The notes below the pieces were generated by a model. The model was not told the DNA's origin and searched no databases. It saw only the letters and a program-made list of their open reading frames with translations. A stretch of 64,000 bases of DNA from Auanema rhodensis. Taxonomy: Eukaryota; Animalia; Nematoda. The stretch spans positions 21,886,001 to 21,950,000 of the forward strand of contig OZ059896.1 in NCBI GenBank assembly GCA_964057225.1, given 5' to 3'. Below, piece after piece: positions 1 through 15,000 of this stretch (position 1 is the stretch's first letter; every line of letters starts with the position of its first letter). The translations under genes and the position numbers were made by a program.

Positions 1-3000
1 TAAGCGTTTCTCAATGTAGTATAGTGCATTCGATGCGGATTTTTAAGCTGCGTCGATCTGTGTTATCAGATTTCCGCTAGCTTGAAAATGCACCAAGATA
101 TCAACTGATATAAGTGCACACTTATATCCTCGATTTTCACCCTGAAGAATTAATTTTCCGTTGAATAACATTGTCCATCGTCTTTGCCTTGAAAAAAGGA
201 ATCTAAAAACATCTACTTTTTGCTAAATTATTCTGGAATTTTTCGAAAAAATTTTTGTCAAAATGTTTTTGGAAGCAATGTTGAGTGTACATGGAAACTC
301 AACATACACTAATGCATCATTTTTCAAACGATCATAACTAATTTTTGTATCAAGCGTTTCTCAATGTAGTATAGTGCATTCGATGCGGATTTCTAAGCTG
401 CGTCGATCTTTGTTATCAGATTTGCGCTAGCTTAAAAATGCACCGAGATATCAACTGATATAAGTTCACACTTATATCCTCGATTTTCACCCTGAAGAAT
501 TAATTTTTTCGTTGAATAACATTGTCCATCGTCTTTGCCTTGAAAAAAGAAATCTAAAAACATCTACTTTTCGCTAAATTATTTTGAAATTTTTCGAAAA
601 AATTTTTGTCAAAATGTTTTTGGAAGCAATGTTGAGTGTACATGGAAACTCAACATACACTAATGCATCATTTTTCAAACGATCATAACTAATTTTTGTA
701 TTAAGCGTTTCTCAATGTAGTATAGTGCATTCGATGCGGATTTTTGAGCTGCGTCGATCTGTGTTATCAGATTCGCGCTAGCTTAAAAATGCACCGAGAT
801 ATCAACTGATATAAGTTCACACTTATATCCTCGATTTTCACCCTGAAGAATTAATTTTTTCGTTGAATAACATTGTCCATCGTCTTTGCCTTGAAAAAAG
901 AAATCTAAAAACATCTACTTTTCGCTAAATTATTTTGAAATTTTTCGAAAAAATTTTTGTCAAAATGTTTTTGGAAGCAATGTTGAGTGTACATGGAAAC
1001 TCAACATACACTAATGCATCATTTTTCAAACGATCATAACTAATTTTTGTATTAAGCGTTTCTCAATGTAGTATAGTGCATTCGATGCGGATTTTTGAGC
1101 TGCGTCGATCTGTGTTATCAGATTTGCGCTAGCTTAAAAATGCACCGAGATATCAACTGATATAAGTTCACACTTATATCCTCGATTTTCACCCTGAAGA
1201 ATTAATTTTTTCGTTGAATAACATTGTCCATCGTCTTTGCCTTGAAAAAAGAAATCTAAAAACATCTACTTTTCGCTAAATTATTTTGAAATTTTTCGAA
1301 AAAATTTTTGTCAAAATGTTTTTGGAAGCAATGTTGAGTGTACATGGAAACTCAACATACACTAATGCATCATTTTTCAAACGATCATAACTAATTTTTG
1401 TATTAAACGTTTCTCAATGTAGTATAGTGCATTCGATGCGGATTTTTAAGCCGCGTCGATCTGTGTTATCAGATTTGCGCTAGCTTAAAAACGCACCGAG
1501 ATATCAACTGATATAAGTTCACACTTATATCCTCGATTTTCACATTGAAGAACTAATTTTTTCGTTGAATAACATTGTCCATCGTCTCTGCCTTGAAAAA
1601 AGAAATCTAAAAACATCTACTTTTTGCTAAATTATTCTGGAATTTTTCGAAAAAATTTTTGTCAAAATGTTTTTGGAAGCAATGTTGAGTGTACATGAAA
1701 ACTCAACATACACTAATGCATCATTTTTCAAACGATCATAACTAATTTTTGTATTAAGCGTTTCTCAATGTAGTATAGTGCATTCGATGCGGATTTTTAA
1801 GCTGCGTCGATCTGTGTTATCAGATTTCCGCTAGCTTGAAAATGCACCAAGATATCAACTGATATAAGTGCACACTTATATCCTCGATTTTCACCCTGAA
1901 GAATTAATTTTCCGTTGAATAACATTGTCCATCGTCTTTGCCTTGAAAAAAGGAATCTAAAAACATCTACTTTTTGCTAAATTATTCTGGAATTTTTCGA
2001 AAAAATTTTTGTCAAAATGTTTTTGGAAGCAATGTTGAGTGTACATGGAAACTCAACATACACTAATGCATCATTTTTCAAACGATCATAACTAATTTTT
2101 GTATTAAGCGTTTCTCAATGTAGTATAGTGCATTCGATGCGGATTTTTGAGCTGCGTCGATCTGTGTTATCAGATTTGCGCTAGCTTAAAAATGCACCGA
2201 GATATCAACTGATATAAGTTCACACTTATATCCTCGATTTTCACCCTGAAGAATTAATTTTTTCGTTGAATAACATTGTCCATCGTCTTTGCCTTGAAAA
2301 AAGAAATCTAAAAACATCTACTTTTCGCTAAATTATTTTGAAATTTTTCGAAAAAATTTTTGTCAAAATGTTTTTGGAAGCAATGTTGAGTGTACATGGA
2401 AACTCAACATACACTAATGCATCATTTTTCAAACGATCATAACTAATTTTTGTATTAAGCGTTTCTCAATGTAGTATAGTGCATTCGATGCGGATTTTTG
2501 AGCTGCGTCGATCTGTGTTATCAGATTTGCGCTAGCTTAAAAATGCACCGAGATATCAACTGATATAAGTTCACACTTATATCCTCAATTTTCACCCTGA
2601 AGAATTAATTTTTTCGTTGAATAACATTGTCCATCGTCTTTGCCTTGAAAAAAGAAATCTAAAAACATCTACTTTTCGCTAAATTATTTTGAAATTTTTC
2701 GAAAAAATTTTTGTCAAAATGTTTTTGGAAGCAATGTTGAGTGTACATGGAAACTCAACATACACTAATGCATCAATTTTCAAACGATCATAACTAATTT
2801 TTGTATTAAACGTTTCTCAATGTAGTATAGTGCATTCGATGCGGATTTTTAAGCTGCGTCGATCTGTGTTATCAGATTTGCGCTAGCTTAAAAACGCACC
2901 GAGATATCAACTGATATAAGTTCACACTTATATCCTCGATTTTCACATTGAAGAACTAATTTTTTCGTTGAATAACATTGTCCATCGTCTCTGCCTTGAA

Positions 3001-6000
3001 AAAAGAAATCTAAAAACATCTACTTTTTGCTAAATTATTCTGGAATTTTTCGAAAAAATTTTTGTCAAAATGTTTTTGGAAGCAATGTTGAGTGTACATG
3101 AAAACTCAACATACACTAATGCATCATTTTTCAAACGATCATAACTAATTTTTGTATTAAGCGTTTCTCAATGTAGTATAGTGCATTCGATGCGGATTTT
3201 TAAGCTGCGTCGATCTGTGTTATCAGATTTCCGCTAGCTTGAAAATGCACCAAGATATCAACTGATATAAGTGCACACTTATATCCTCGATTTTCACCCT
3301 GAAGAATTAATTTTCCGTTGAATAACATTGTCCATCGTCTTTGCCTTGAAAAAAGGAATCTAAAAACATCTACTTTTTGCTAAATTATTCTGGAATTTTT
3401 CGAAAAAATTTTTGTCAAAATGTTTTTGGAAGCAATGTTGAGTGTACATGGAAACTCAACATACACTAATGCATCATTTTTCAAACGATCATAACTAATT
3501 TTTGTATCAAGCGTTTCTCAATGTAGTATAGTGCATTCGATGCGGATTTCTAAGCTGCGTCGATCTTTGTTATCAGATTTGCGCTAGCTTAAAAATGCAC
3601 CGAGATATCAACTGATATAAGTTCACACTTATATCCTCGATTTTCACCCTGAAGAATTAATTTTTTCGTTGAATAACATTGTCCATCGTCTTTGCCTTGA
3701 AAAAAGAAATCTAAAAACATCTACTTTTCGCTAAATTATTTTGAAATTTTTCGAAAAAATTTTTGTCAAAATGTTTTTGGAAGCAATGTTGAGTGTACAT
3801 GGAAACTCAACATACACTAATGCATCATTTTTCAAACGATCATAACTAATTTTTGTATTAAGCGTTTCTCAATGTAGTATAGTGCATTCGATGCGGATTT
3901 TTGAGCTGCGTCGATCTGTGTTATCAGATTCGCGCTAGCTTAAAAATGCACCGAGATATCAACTGATATAAGTTCACACTTATATCCTCGATTTTCACCC
4001 TGAAGAATTAATTTTTTCGTTGAATAACATTGTCCATCGTCTTTGCCTTGAAAAAAGAAATCTAAAAGCATCTACTTTTCGCTAAATTATTTTGAAATTT
4101 TTCGAAAAAATTTTTGTCAAAATGTTTTTGGAAGCAATGTTGAGTGTACATGGAAACTCAACATACACTAATGCATCATTTTTCAAACGCTCATAACTAA
4201 TTTTTGTATTAAACGTTTCTCAATGTAGTATAGTGCATTCGATGCGGATTTTTAAGCTGCGTCGATCTGTGTTATCAGATTTGCGCTAGCTTAAAAACGC
4301 ACCAAGATATCAACTGATATAAGTGCACACTTATATCCTCGATTTTCACCCTGAAGAATTAATTTTCCGTTGAATAACATTGTCCATCGTCTTTGCCTTG
4401 AAAAAAGGAATCTAAAAACATCTACTTTTTGCTAAATTATTCTGGAATTTTTCGAAAAAATTTTTGTCAAAATGTTTTTGGAAGCAATGTTGAGTGTACA
4501 TGGAAACTCAACATACACTAATGCATCATTTTTCAAACGATCATAACTAATTTTTGTATTAAGCGTTTCTCAATGTAGTATAGTGCATTCGATGCGGATT
4601 TTTAAGCTGCGTCGATCTGTGTTATCAGATTTGCGCTAGCTTGAAAATGCACCAAGATATCAACTGATATAAGTGCACACTTATATCCTCGATTTTCACC
4701 CTGAAGAATTAATTTTCCGTTGAATAACATTGTCCATCGTCTTTGCCTTGAAAAAAGGAATCTAAAAACATCTACTTTTTGCTAAATTATTCTGGAATTT
4801 TTCGAAAAAATTTTTGTCAAAATGTTTTTGGAAGCAATGTTGAGTGTACATGGAAACTCAACATACACTAATGCATCATTTTTCAAACGATCATAACTAA
4901 TTTTTGTATCAAGCGTTTCTCAATGTAGTATAGTGCATTCGATGCGGATTTCTAAGCTGCGTCGATCTTTGTTATCAGATTTGCGCTAGCTTAAAAATGC
5001 ACCGAGATATCAACTGATATAAGTTCACACTTATATCCTCGATTTTCACCCTGAAGAATTAATTTTTTCGTTGAATAACATTGTCCATCGTCTTTGCCTT
5101 GAAAAAAGAAATCTAAAAACATCTACTTTTCGCTAAATTATTTTGAAATTTTTCGAAAAAATTTTTGTCAAAATGTTTTTGGAAGCAATGTTGAGTGTAC
5201 ATGGAAACTCAACATACACTAATGCATCATTTTTCAAACGATCATAACTAATTTTTGTATTAAGCGTTTCTCAATGTAGTATAGTGCATTCGATGCGGAT
5301 TTTTGAGCTGCGTCGATCTGTGTTATCAGATTCGCGCTAGCTTAAAAATGCACCGAGATATCAACTGATATAAGTTCACACTTATATCCTCGATTTTCAC
5401 CCTGAAGAATTAATTTTTTCGTTGAATAACATTGTCCATCGTCTTTGCCTTGAAAAAAGAAATCTAAAAGCATCTACTTTTTGCTAAATTATTCTGGAAT
5501 TTTTCGAAAAAATTTTTGTCAAAATGTTTTTGGAAGCAATGTTGAGTGTACATGAAAACTCAACATACACTAATGCATCATTTTTCAAACGATCATAACT
5601 AATTTTTGTATCAAGCGTTTCTCAATGTAGTATAGTGCATTCGATGCGGATTTTTAAGCTGCGTCGATCTGTGTTATCAGATTTCCGCTAGCTTGAAAAT
5701 GCACCAAGATATCAACTGATATAAGTTCACACTTATATCCTCGATTTTCACCCTGAAGAATTAATTTTTTCGTTGAATAACATTGTCCATCGTCTTTGCC
5801 TTGAAAAAAGAAATCTAAAAACATCTACTTTTCGCTAAATTATTTTGAAATTTTTCGAAAAAATTTTTGTCAAAATGTTTTTGGAAGCAATGTTGAGTGT
5901 ACATGGAAACTCAACATACACTAATGCATCATTTTTCAAACGATCATAACTAATTTTTGTATTAAGCGTTTCTCAATGTAGTATAGTGCATTCGATGCGG

Positions 6001-9000
6001 ATTTTTGAGCTGCGTCGATCTGTGTTATCAGATTCGCGCTAGCTTAAAAATGCACCGAGATATCAACTGATATAAGTTCACACTTATATCCTCGATTTTC
6101 ACCCTGAAGAAGTAATTTTTTCGTTGAATAACATTGTCCATCGTCTTTGCCTTGAAAAAAGAAATCTAAAAGCATCTACTTTTCGCTAAATTATTTTGAA
6201 ATTTTTCGAAAAAATTTTTGTCAAAATGTTTTTGGAAGCAATGTTGAGTGTACATGGAAACTCAACATACACTAATGCATCATTTTTCAAACGCTCATAA
6301 CTAATTTTTGTATTAAACGTTTCTCAATGTAGTATAGTGCATTCGATGCGGATTTTTAAGCTGCGTCGATCTGTGTTATCAGATTTGCGCTAGCTTAAAA
6401 ACGCACCAAGATATCAACTGATATAAGTGCACACTTATATCCTCGATTTTCACCCTGAAGAATTAATTTTCCGTTGAATAACATTGTCCATCGTCTTTGC
6501 CTTGAAAAAAGGAATCTAAAAACATCTACTTTTTGCTAAATTATTCTGGAATTTTTCGAAAAAATTTTTGTCAAAATGTTTTTGGAAGCAATGTTGAGTG
6601 TACATGGAAACTCAACATACACTAATGCATCATTTTTCAAACGATCATAACTAATTTTTGTATTAAGCGTTTCTCAATGTAGTATAGTGCATTCGATGCG
6701 GATTTTTAAGCTGCGTCGATCTGTGTTATCAGATTTGCGCTAGCTTGAAAATGCACCAAGATATCAACTGATATAAGTGCACACTTATATCCTCGATTTT
6801 CACCCTGAAGAATTAATTTTCCGTTGAATAACATTGTCCATCGTCTTTGCCTTGAAAAAAGAAATCTAAAAGCATCTACTTTTCGCTAAATTATTTTGAA
6901 ATTTTTCGAAAAAATTTTTGTCAAAATGTTTTTGGAAGCAATGTTGAGTGTACATGGAAACTCAACATACACTAATGCATCATTTTTCAAACGCTCATAA
7001 CTAATTTTTGTATTAAACGTTTCTCAATGTAGTATAGTGCATTCGATGCGGATTTTTAAGCTGCGTCGATCTTTGTTATCAGATTTGCGCTAGCTTAAAA
7101 ATGCACCGAGATATCAACTGATATAAGTTCACACTTATATCCTCGATTTTCACCCTGAAGAATTAATTTTCCGTTGAATAACATTGTCCATCGTCTTTGC
7201 CTTGAAAAAAGGAATCTAAAAACATCTACTTTTTGCTAAATTATTCTGGAATTTTTCGAAAAAATTTTTGTCAAAATGTTTTTGGAAGCAATGTTGAGTG
7301 TACATGGAAACTCAACATACACTAATGCATCATTTTTCAAACGATCATAACTAATTTTTGTATCAAGCGTTTCTCAATGTAGTATAGTGCATTCGATGCG
7401 GATTTCTAAGCTGCGTCGATCTTTGTTATCAGATTTGCGCTAGCTTAAAAATGCACCGAGATATCAACTGATATAAGTTCACACTTATATCCTCGATTTT
7501 CACCCTGAAGAATTAATTTTTTCGTTGAATAACATTGTCCATCGTCTTTGCCTTGAAAAAAGAAATCTAAAAACATCTACTTTTCGCTAAATTATTTTGA
7601 AATTTTTCGAAAAAATTTTTGTCAAAATGTTTTTGGAAGCAATGTTGAGTGTACATGGAAACTCAACATACACTAATGCATCATTTTTCAAACGATCATA
7701 ACTAATTTTTGTATTAAGCGTTTCTCAATGTAGTATAGTGCATTCGATGCGGATTTTTGAGCTGCGTCGATCTGTGTTATCAGATTCGCGCTAGCTTAAA
7801 AATGCACCGAGATATCAACTGATATAAGTTCACACTTATATCCTCGATTTTCACCCTGAAGAATTAATTTTTTCGTTGAATAACATTGTCCATCGTCTTT
7901 GCCTTGAAAAAAGAAATCTAAAAGCATCTACTTTTCGCTAAATTATTTTGAAATTTTTCGAAAAAATTTTTGTCAAAATGTTTTTGGAAGCAATGTTGAG
8001 TGTACATGGAAACTCAACATACACTAATGCATCATTTTTCAAACGCTCATAACTAATTTTTGTATTAAACGTTTCTCAATGTAGTATAGTGCATTCGATG
8101 CGGATTTTTAAGCTGCGTCGATCTGTGTTATCAGATTTGCGCTAGCTTAAAAACGCACCGAGATATCAACTGATATAAGTTCACACTTATATCCTCGATT
8201 TTCACATTGAAGAACTAACTTTTTCGTTGAATAACATTGTCCATCGTCTCTGCCTTGAAAAAAGAAATCTAAAAACATCTACTTTTTGCTAAATTATTCT
8301 GGAATTTTTCGAAAAAATTTTTGTCAAAATGTTTTTGGAAGCAATGTTGAGTGTACATGAAAACTCAACATACACTAATGCATCATTTTTCAAACGATCA
8401 TAACTAATTTTTGTATTAAGCGTTTCTCAATGTAGTATAGTGCATTCGATGCGGATTTTTAAGCTGCGTCGATCTGTGTTATCAGATTTGCGCTAGCTTG
8501 AAAATGCACCAAGATATCAACTGATATAAGTGCACACTTATATCCTCGATTTTCACCCTGAAGAATTAATTTTCCGTTGAATAACATTGTCCATCGTCTT
8601 TGCCTTGAAAAAAGGAATCTAAAAACATCTACTTTTTGCTAAATTATTCTGGAATTTTTCGAAAAAATTTTTGTCAAAATGTTTTTGGAAGCAATGTTGA
8701 GTGTACATGGAAACTCAACATACACTAATGCATCATTTTTCAAACGATCATAACTAATTTTTGTATCAAGCGTTTCTCAATGTAGTATAGTGCATTCGAT
8801 GCGGATTTCTAAGCTGCGTCGATCTTTGTTATCAGATTTGCGCTAGCTTAAAAATGCACCGAGATATCAACTGATATAAGTTCACACTTATATCCTCGAT
8901 TTTCACCCTGAAGAATTAATTTTTTCGTTGAATAACATTGTCCATCGTCTTTGCCTTGAAAAAAGAAATCTAAAAACATCTACTTTTCGCTAAATTATTT

Positions 9001-12000
9001 TGAAATTTTTCGAAAAAATTTTTGTCAAAATGTTTTTGGAAGCAATGTTGAGTGTACATGGAAACTCAACATACACTAATGCATCATTTTTCAAACGATC
9101 ATAACTAATTTTTGTATTAAGCGTTTCTCAATGTAGTATAGTGCATTCGATGCGGATTTTTGAGCTGCGTCGATCTGTGTTATCAGATTCGCGCTAGCTT
9201 AAAAATGCACCGAGATATCAACTGATATAAGTTCACACTTATATCCTCGATTTTCACCCTGAAGAATTAATTTTTTCGTTGAATAACATTGTCCATCGTC
9301 TTTGCCTTGAAAAAAGAAATCTGAAAGCATCTACTTTTCGCTAAATTATTTTGAAATTTTTCGAAAAAATTTTTGTCAAAATGTTTTTGGAAGCAATGTT
9401 GAGTGTACATGGAAACTCAACATACACTAATGCATCATTTTTCAAACGCTCATAACTAATTTTTGTATTAAACGTTTCTCAATGTAGTATAGTGCATTCG
9501 ATGCGGATTTTTAAGCTGCGTCGATCTGTGTTATCAGATTTGCGCTAGCTTAAAAACGCACCGAGATATCAACTGATATAAGTTCACACTTATATCCTCG
9601 ATTTTCACATTGAAGAACTAACTTTTTCGTTGAATAACATTGTCCATCGTCTCTGCCTTGAAAAAAGAAATCTAAAAACATCTACTTTTTGCTAAATTAT
9701 TCTGGAATTTTTCGAAAAAATTTTTGTCAAAATGTTTTTGGAAGCAATGTTGAGTGTACATGAAAACTCAACATACACTAATGCATCATTTTTCAAACGA
9801 TCATAACTAATTTTTGTATTAAGCGTTTCTCAATGTAGTATAGTGCATTCGATGCGGATTTTTAAGCTGCGTCGATCTGTGTTATCAGATTTGCGCTAGC
9901 TTGAAAATGCACCAAGATATCAACTGATGTAAGTGCACACTTATATCCTCGATTTTCACATTGAAGAACTAATTTTTTCGTTGAATAACATTGTCCATCG
10001 TCTCTGCCTTGAAAAAAGAAATCTAAAAACATCTACTTTTTGCTAAATTATTCTGGAATTTTTCGAAAAAATTTTTGTCAAAATGTTTTTGGAAGCAATG
10101 TTGAGTGTACATGAAAACTCAACATACACTAATGCATCATTTTTCAAACGATCATAACTAATTTTTGTATTAAGCGTTTCTCAATGTAGTATAGTGCATT
10201 CGATGCGGATTTTTAAGCTGCGTCGATCTGTGTTATCAGATTTCCGCTAGCTTGAAAATGCACCAAGATATCAACTGATATAAGTGCACACTTATATCCT
10301 CGATTTTCACCCTGAAGAATTAATTTTCCGTTGAATAACATTGTCCATCGTCTTTGCCTTGAAAAAAGGAATCTAAAAACATCTACTTTTTGCTAAATTA
10401 TTCTGGAATTTTTCGAAAAAATTTTTGTCAAAATGTTTTTGGAAGCAATGTTGAGTGTACATGGAAACTCAACATACACTAATGCATCATTTTTCAAACG
10501 ATCATAACTAATTTTTGTATCAAGCGTTTCTCAATGTAGTATAGTGCATTCGATGCGGATTTCTAAGCTGCGTCGATCTTTGTTATCAGATTTGCGCTAG
10601 CTTAAAAATGCACCGAGATATCAACTGATATAAGTTCACACTTATATCCTCGATTTTCACCCTGAAGAATTAATTTTTTCGTTGAATAACATTGTCCATC
10701 GTCTTTGCCTTGAAAAAAGAAATCTAAAAACATCTACTTTTCGCTAAATTATTTTGAAATTTTTCGAAAAAATTTTTGTCAAAATGTTTTTGGAAGCAAT
10801 GTTGAGTGTACATGGAAACTCAACATACACTAATGCATCATTTTTCAAACGATCATAACTAATTTTTGTATTAAGCGTTTCTCAATGTAGTATAGTGCAT
10901 TCGATGCGGATTTTTGAGCTGCGTCGATCTGTGTTATCAGATTCGCGCTAGCTTAAAAATGCACCGAGATATCAACTGATATAAGTTCACACTTATATCC
11001 TCGATTTTCACCCTGAAGAATTAATTTTTTCGTTGAATAACATTGTCCATCGTCTTTGCCTTGAAAAAAGAAATCTAAAAGCATCTACTTTTCGCTAAAT
11101 TATTTTGAAATTTTTCGAAAAAATTTTTGTCAAAATGTTTTTGGAAGCAATGTTGAGTGTACATGGAAACTCAACATACACTAATGCATCATTTTTCAAA
11201 CGCTCATAACTAATTTTTGTATTAAACGTTTCTCAATGTAGTATAGTGCATTCGATGCGGATTTTTAAGCTGCGTCGATCTGTGTTATCAGATTTGCGCT
11301 AGCTTAAAAACGCACCAAGATATCAACTGATATAAGTGCACACTTATATCCTCGATTTTCACCCTGAAGAATTAATTTTCCGTTGAATAACATTGTCCAT
11401 CGTCTTTGCCTTGAAAAAAGGAATCTAAAAACATCTACTTTTTGCTAAATTATTCTGGAATTTTTCGAAAAAATTTTTGTCAAAATGTTTTTGGAAGCAA
11501 TGTTGAGTGTACATGGAAACTCAACATACACTAATGCATCATTTTTCAAACGATCATAACTAATTTTTGTATTAAGCGTTTCTCAATGTAGTATAGTGCA
11601 TTCGATGCGGATTTTTAAGCTGCGTCGATCTGTGTTATCAGATTTGCGCTAGCTTGAAAATGCACCAAGATATCAACTGATATAAGTGCACACTTATATC
11701 CTCGATTTTCACCCTGAAGAATTAATTTTCCGTTGAATAACATTGTCCATCGTCTTTGCCTTGAAAAAAGGAATCTAAAAACATCTACTTTTTGCTAAAT
11801 TATTCTGGAATTTTTCGAAAAAATTTTTGTCAAAATGTTTTTGGAAGCAATGTTGAGTGTACATGGAAACTCAACATACACTAATGCATCATTTTTCAAA
11901 CGATCATAACTAATTTTTGTATCAAGCGTTTCTCAATGTAGTATAGTGCATTCGATGCGGATTTCTAAGCTGCGTCGATCTTTGTTATCAGATTTGCGCT

Positions 12001-15000
12001 AGCTTAAAAATGCACCGAGATATCAACTGATATAAGTTCACACTTATATCCTCGATTTTCACCCTGAAGAATTAATTTTTTCGTTGAATAACATTGTCCA
12101 TCGTCTTTGCCTTGAAAAAAGAAATCTAAAAACATCTACTTTTCGCTAAATTATTTTGAAATTTTTCGAAAAAATTTTTGTCAAAATGTTTTTGGAAGCA
12201 ATGTTGAGTGTACATGGAAACTCAACATACACTAATGCATCATTTTTCAAACGATCATAACTAATTTTTGTATTAAGCGTTTCTCAATGTAGTATAGTGC
12301 ATTCGATGCGGATTTTTGAGCTGCGTCGATCTGTGTTATCAGATTCGCGCTAGCTTAAAAATGCACCGAGATATCAACTGATATAAGTTCACACTTATAT
12401 CCTCGATTTTCACCCTGAAGAATTAATTTTTTCGTTGAATAACATTGTCCATCGTCTTTGCCTTGAAAAAAGAAATCTAAAAGCATCTACTTTTCGCTAA
12501 ATTATTTTGAAATTTTTCGAAAAAATTTTTGTCAAAATGTTTTTGGAAGCAATGTTGAGTGTACATGGAAACTCAACATACACTAATGCATCATTTTTCA
12601 AACGCTCATAACTAATTTTTGTATTAAACGTTTCTCAATGTAGTATAGTGCATTCGATGCGGATTTTTAAGCTGCGTCGATCTGTGTTATCAGATTTGCG
12701 CTAGCTTAAAAACGCACCGAGATATCAACTGATATAAGTTCACACTTATATCCTCGATTTTCACATTGAAGAACTAACTTTTTCGTTGAATAACATTGTC
12801 CATCGTCTCTGCCTTGAAAAAAGAAATCTAAAAACATCTACTTTTTGCTAAATTATTCTGGAATTTTTCGAAAAAATTTTTGTCAAAATGTTTTTGGAAG
12901 CAATGTTGAGTGTACATGAAAACTCAACATACACTAATGCATCATTTTTCAAACGATCATAACTAATTTTTGTATTAAGCGTTTCTCAATGTAGTATAGT
13001 GCATTCGATGCGGATTTTTAAGCTGCGTCGATCTGTGTTATCAGATTTGCGCTAGCTTGAAAATGCACCAAGATATCAACTGATATAAGTGCACACTTAT
13101 ATCCTCGATTTTCACCCTGAAGAATTAATTTTCCGTTGAATAACATTGTCCATCGTCTTTGCCTTGAAAAAAGGAATCTAAAAACATCTACTTTTTGCTA
13201 AATTATTCTGGAATTTTTCGAAAAAATTTTTGTCAAAATGTTTTTGGAAGCAATGTTGAGTGTACATGGAAACTCAACATACACTAATGCATCATTTTTC
13301 AAACGATCATAACTAATTTTTGTATCAAGCGTTTCTCAATGTAGTATAGTGCATTCGATGCGGATTTCTAAGCTGCGTCGATCTTTGTTATCAGATTTGC
13401 GCTAGCTTAAAAATGCACCGAGATATCAACTGATATAAGTTCACACTTATATCCTCGATTTTCACCCTGAAGAATTAATTTTTTCGTTGAATAACATTGT
13501 CCATCGTCTTTGCCTTGAAAAAAGAAATCTAAAAACATCTACTTTTCGCTAAATTATTTTGAAATTTTTCGAAAAAATTTTTGTCAAAATGTTTTTGGAA
13601 GCAATGTTGAGTGTACATGGAAACTCAACATACACTAATGCATCATTTTTCAAACGATCATAACTAATTTTTGTATTAAGCGTTTCTCAATGTAGTATAG
13701 TGCATTCGATGCGGATTTTTGAGCTGCGTCGATCTGTGTTATCAGATTCGCGCTAGCTTAAAAATGCACCGAGATATCAACTGATATAAGTTCACACTTA
13801 TATCCTCGATTTTCACCCTGAAGAATTAATTTTTTCGTTGAATAACATTGTCCATCGTCTTTGCCTTGAAAAAAGAAATCTGAAAGCATCTACTTTTCGC
13901 TAAATTATTTTGAAATTTTTCGAAAAAATTTTTGTCAAAATGTTTTTGGAAGCAATGTTGAGTGTACATGGAAACTCAACATACACTAATGCATCATTTT
14001 TCAAACGCTCATAACTAATTTTTGTATTAAACGTTTCTCAATGTAGTATAGTGCATTCGATGCGGATTTTTAAGCTGCGTCGATCTGTGTTATCAGATTT
14101 GCGCTAGCTTAAAAACGCACCGAGATATCAACTGATATAAGTTCACACTTATATCCTCGATTTTCACATTGAAGAACTAACTTTTTCGTTGAATAACATT
14201 GTCCATCGTCTCTGCCTTGAAAAAAGAAATCTAAAAACATCTACTTTTTGCTAAATTATTCTGGAATTTTTCGAAAAAATTTTTGTCAAAATGTTTTTGG
14301 AAGCAATGTTGAGTGTACATGAAAACTCAACATACACTAATGCATCATTTTTCAAACGATCATAACTAATTTTTGTATTAAGCGTTTCTCAATGTAGTAT
14401 AGTGCATTCGATGCGGATTTTTAAGCTGCGTCGATCTGTGTTATCAGATTTGCGCTAGCTTGAAAATGCACCAAGATATCAACTGATGTAAGTGCACACT
14501 TATATCCTCGATTTTCACCCTGAAGAATTAATTTTCCGTTGAATAACATTGTCCATCGTCTTTGCCTTGAAAAAAGAAATCTGAAAGCATCTACTTTTCG
14601 CTAAATTATTTTGAAATTTTTCGAAAAAATTTTTGTCAAAATGTTTTTGGAAGCAATGTTGAGTGTACATGGAAACTCAACATACACTAATGCATCATTT
14701 TTCAAACGATCATAACTAATTTTTGTATTAAGCGTTTCTCAATGTAGTATAGTGCATTCGATGCGGATTTTTGAGCTGCGTCGATCTGTGTTATCAGATT
14801 CGCGCTAGCTTAAAAATGCACCGAGATATCAACTGATATAAGTTCACACTTATATCCTCGATTTTCACCCTGAAGAATTAATTTTTTCGTTGAATAACAT
14901 TGTCCATCGTCTTTGCCTTGAAAAAAGAAATCTGAAAGCATCTACTTTTCGCTAAATTATTTTGAAATTTTTCGAAAAAATTTTTGTCAAAATGTTTTTG

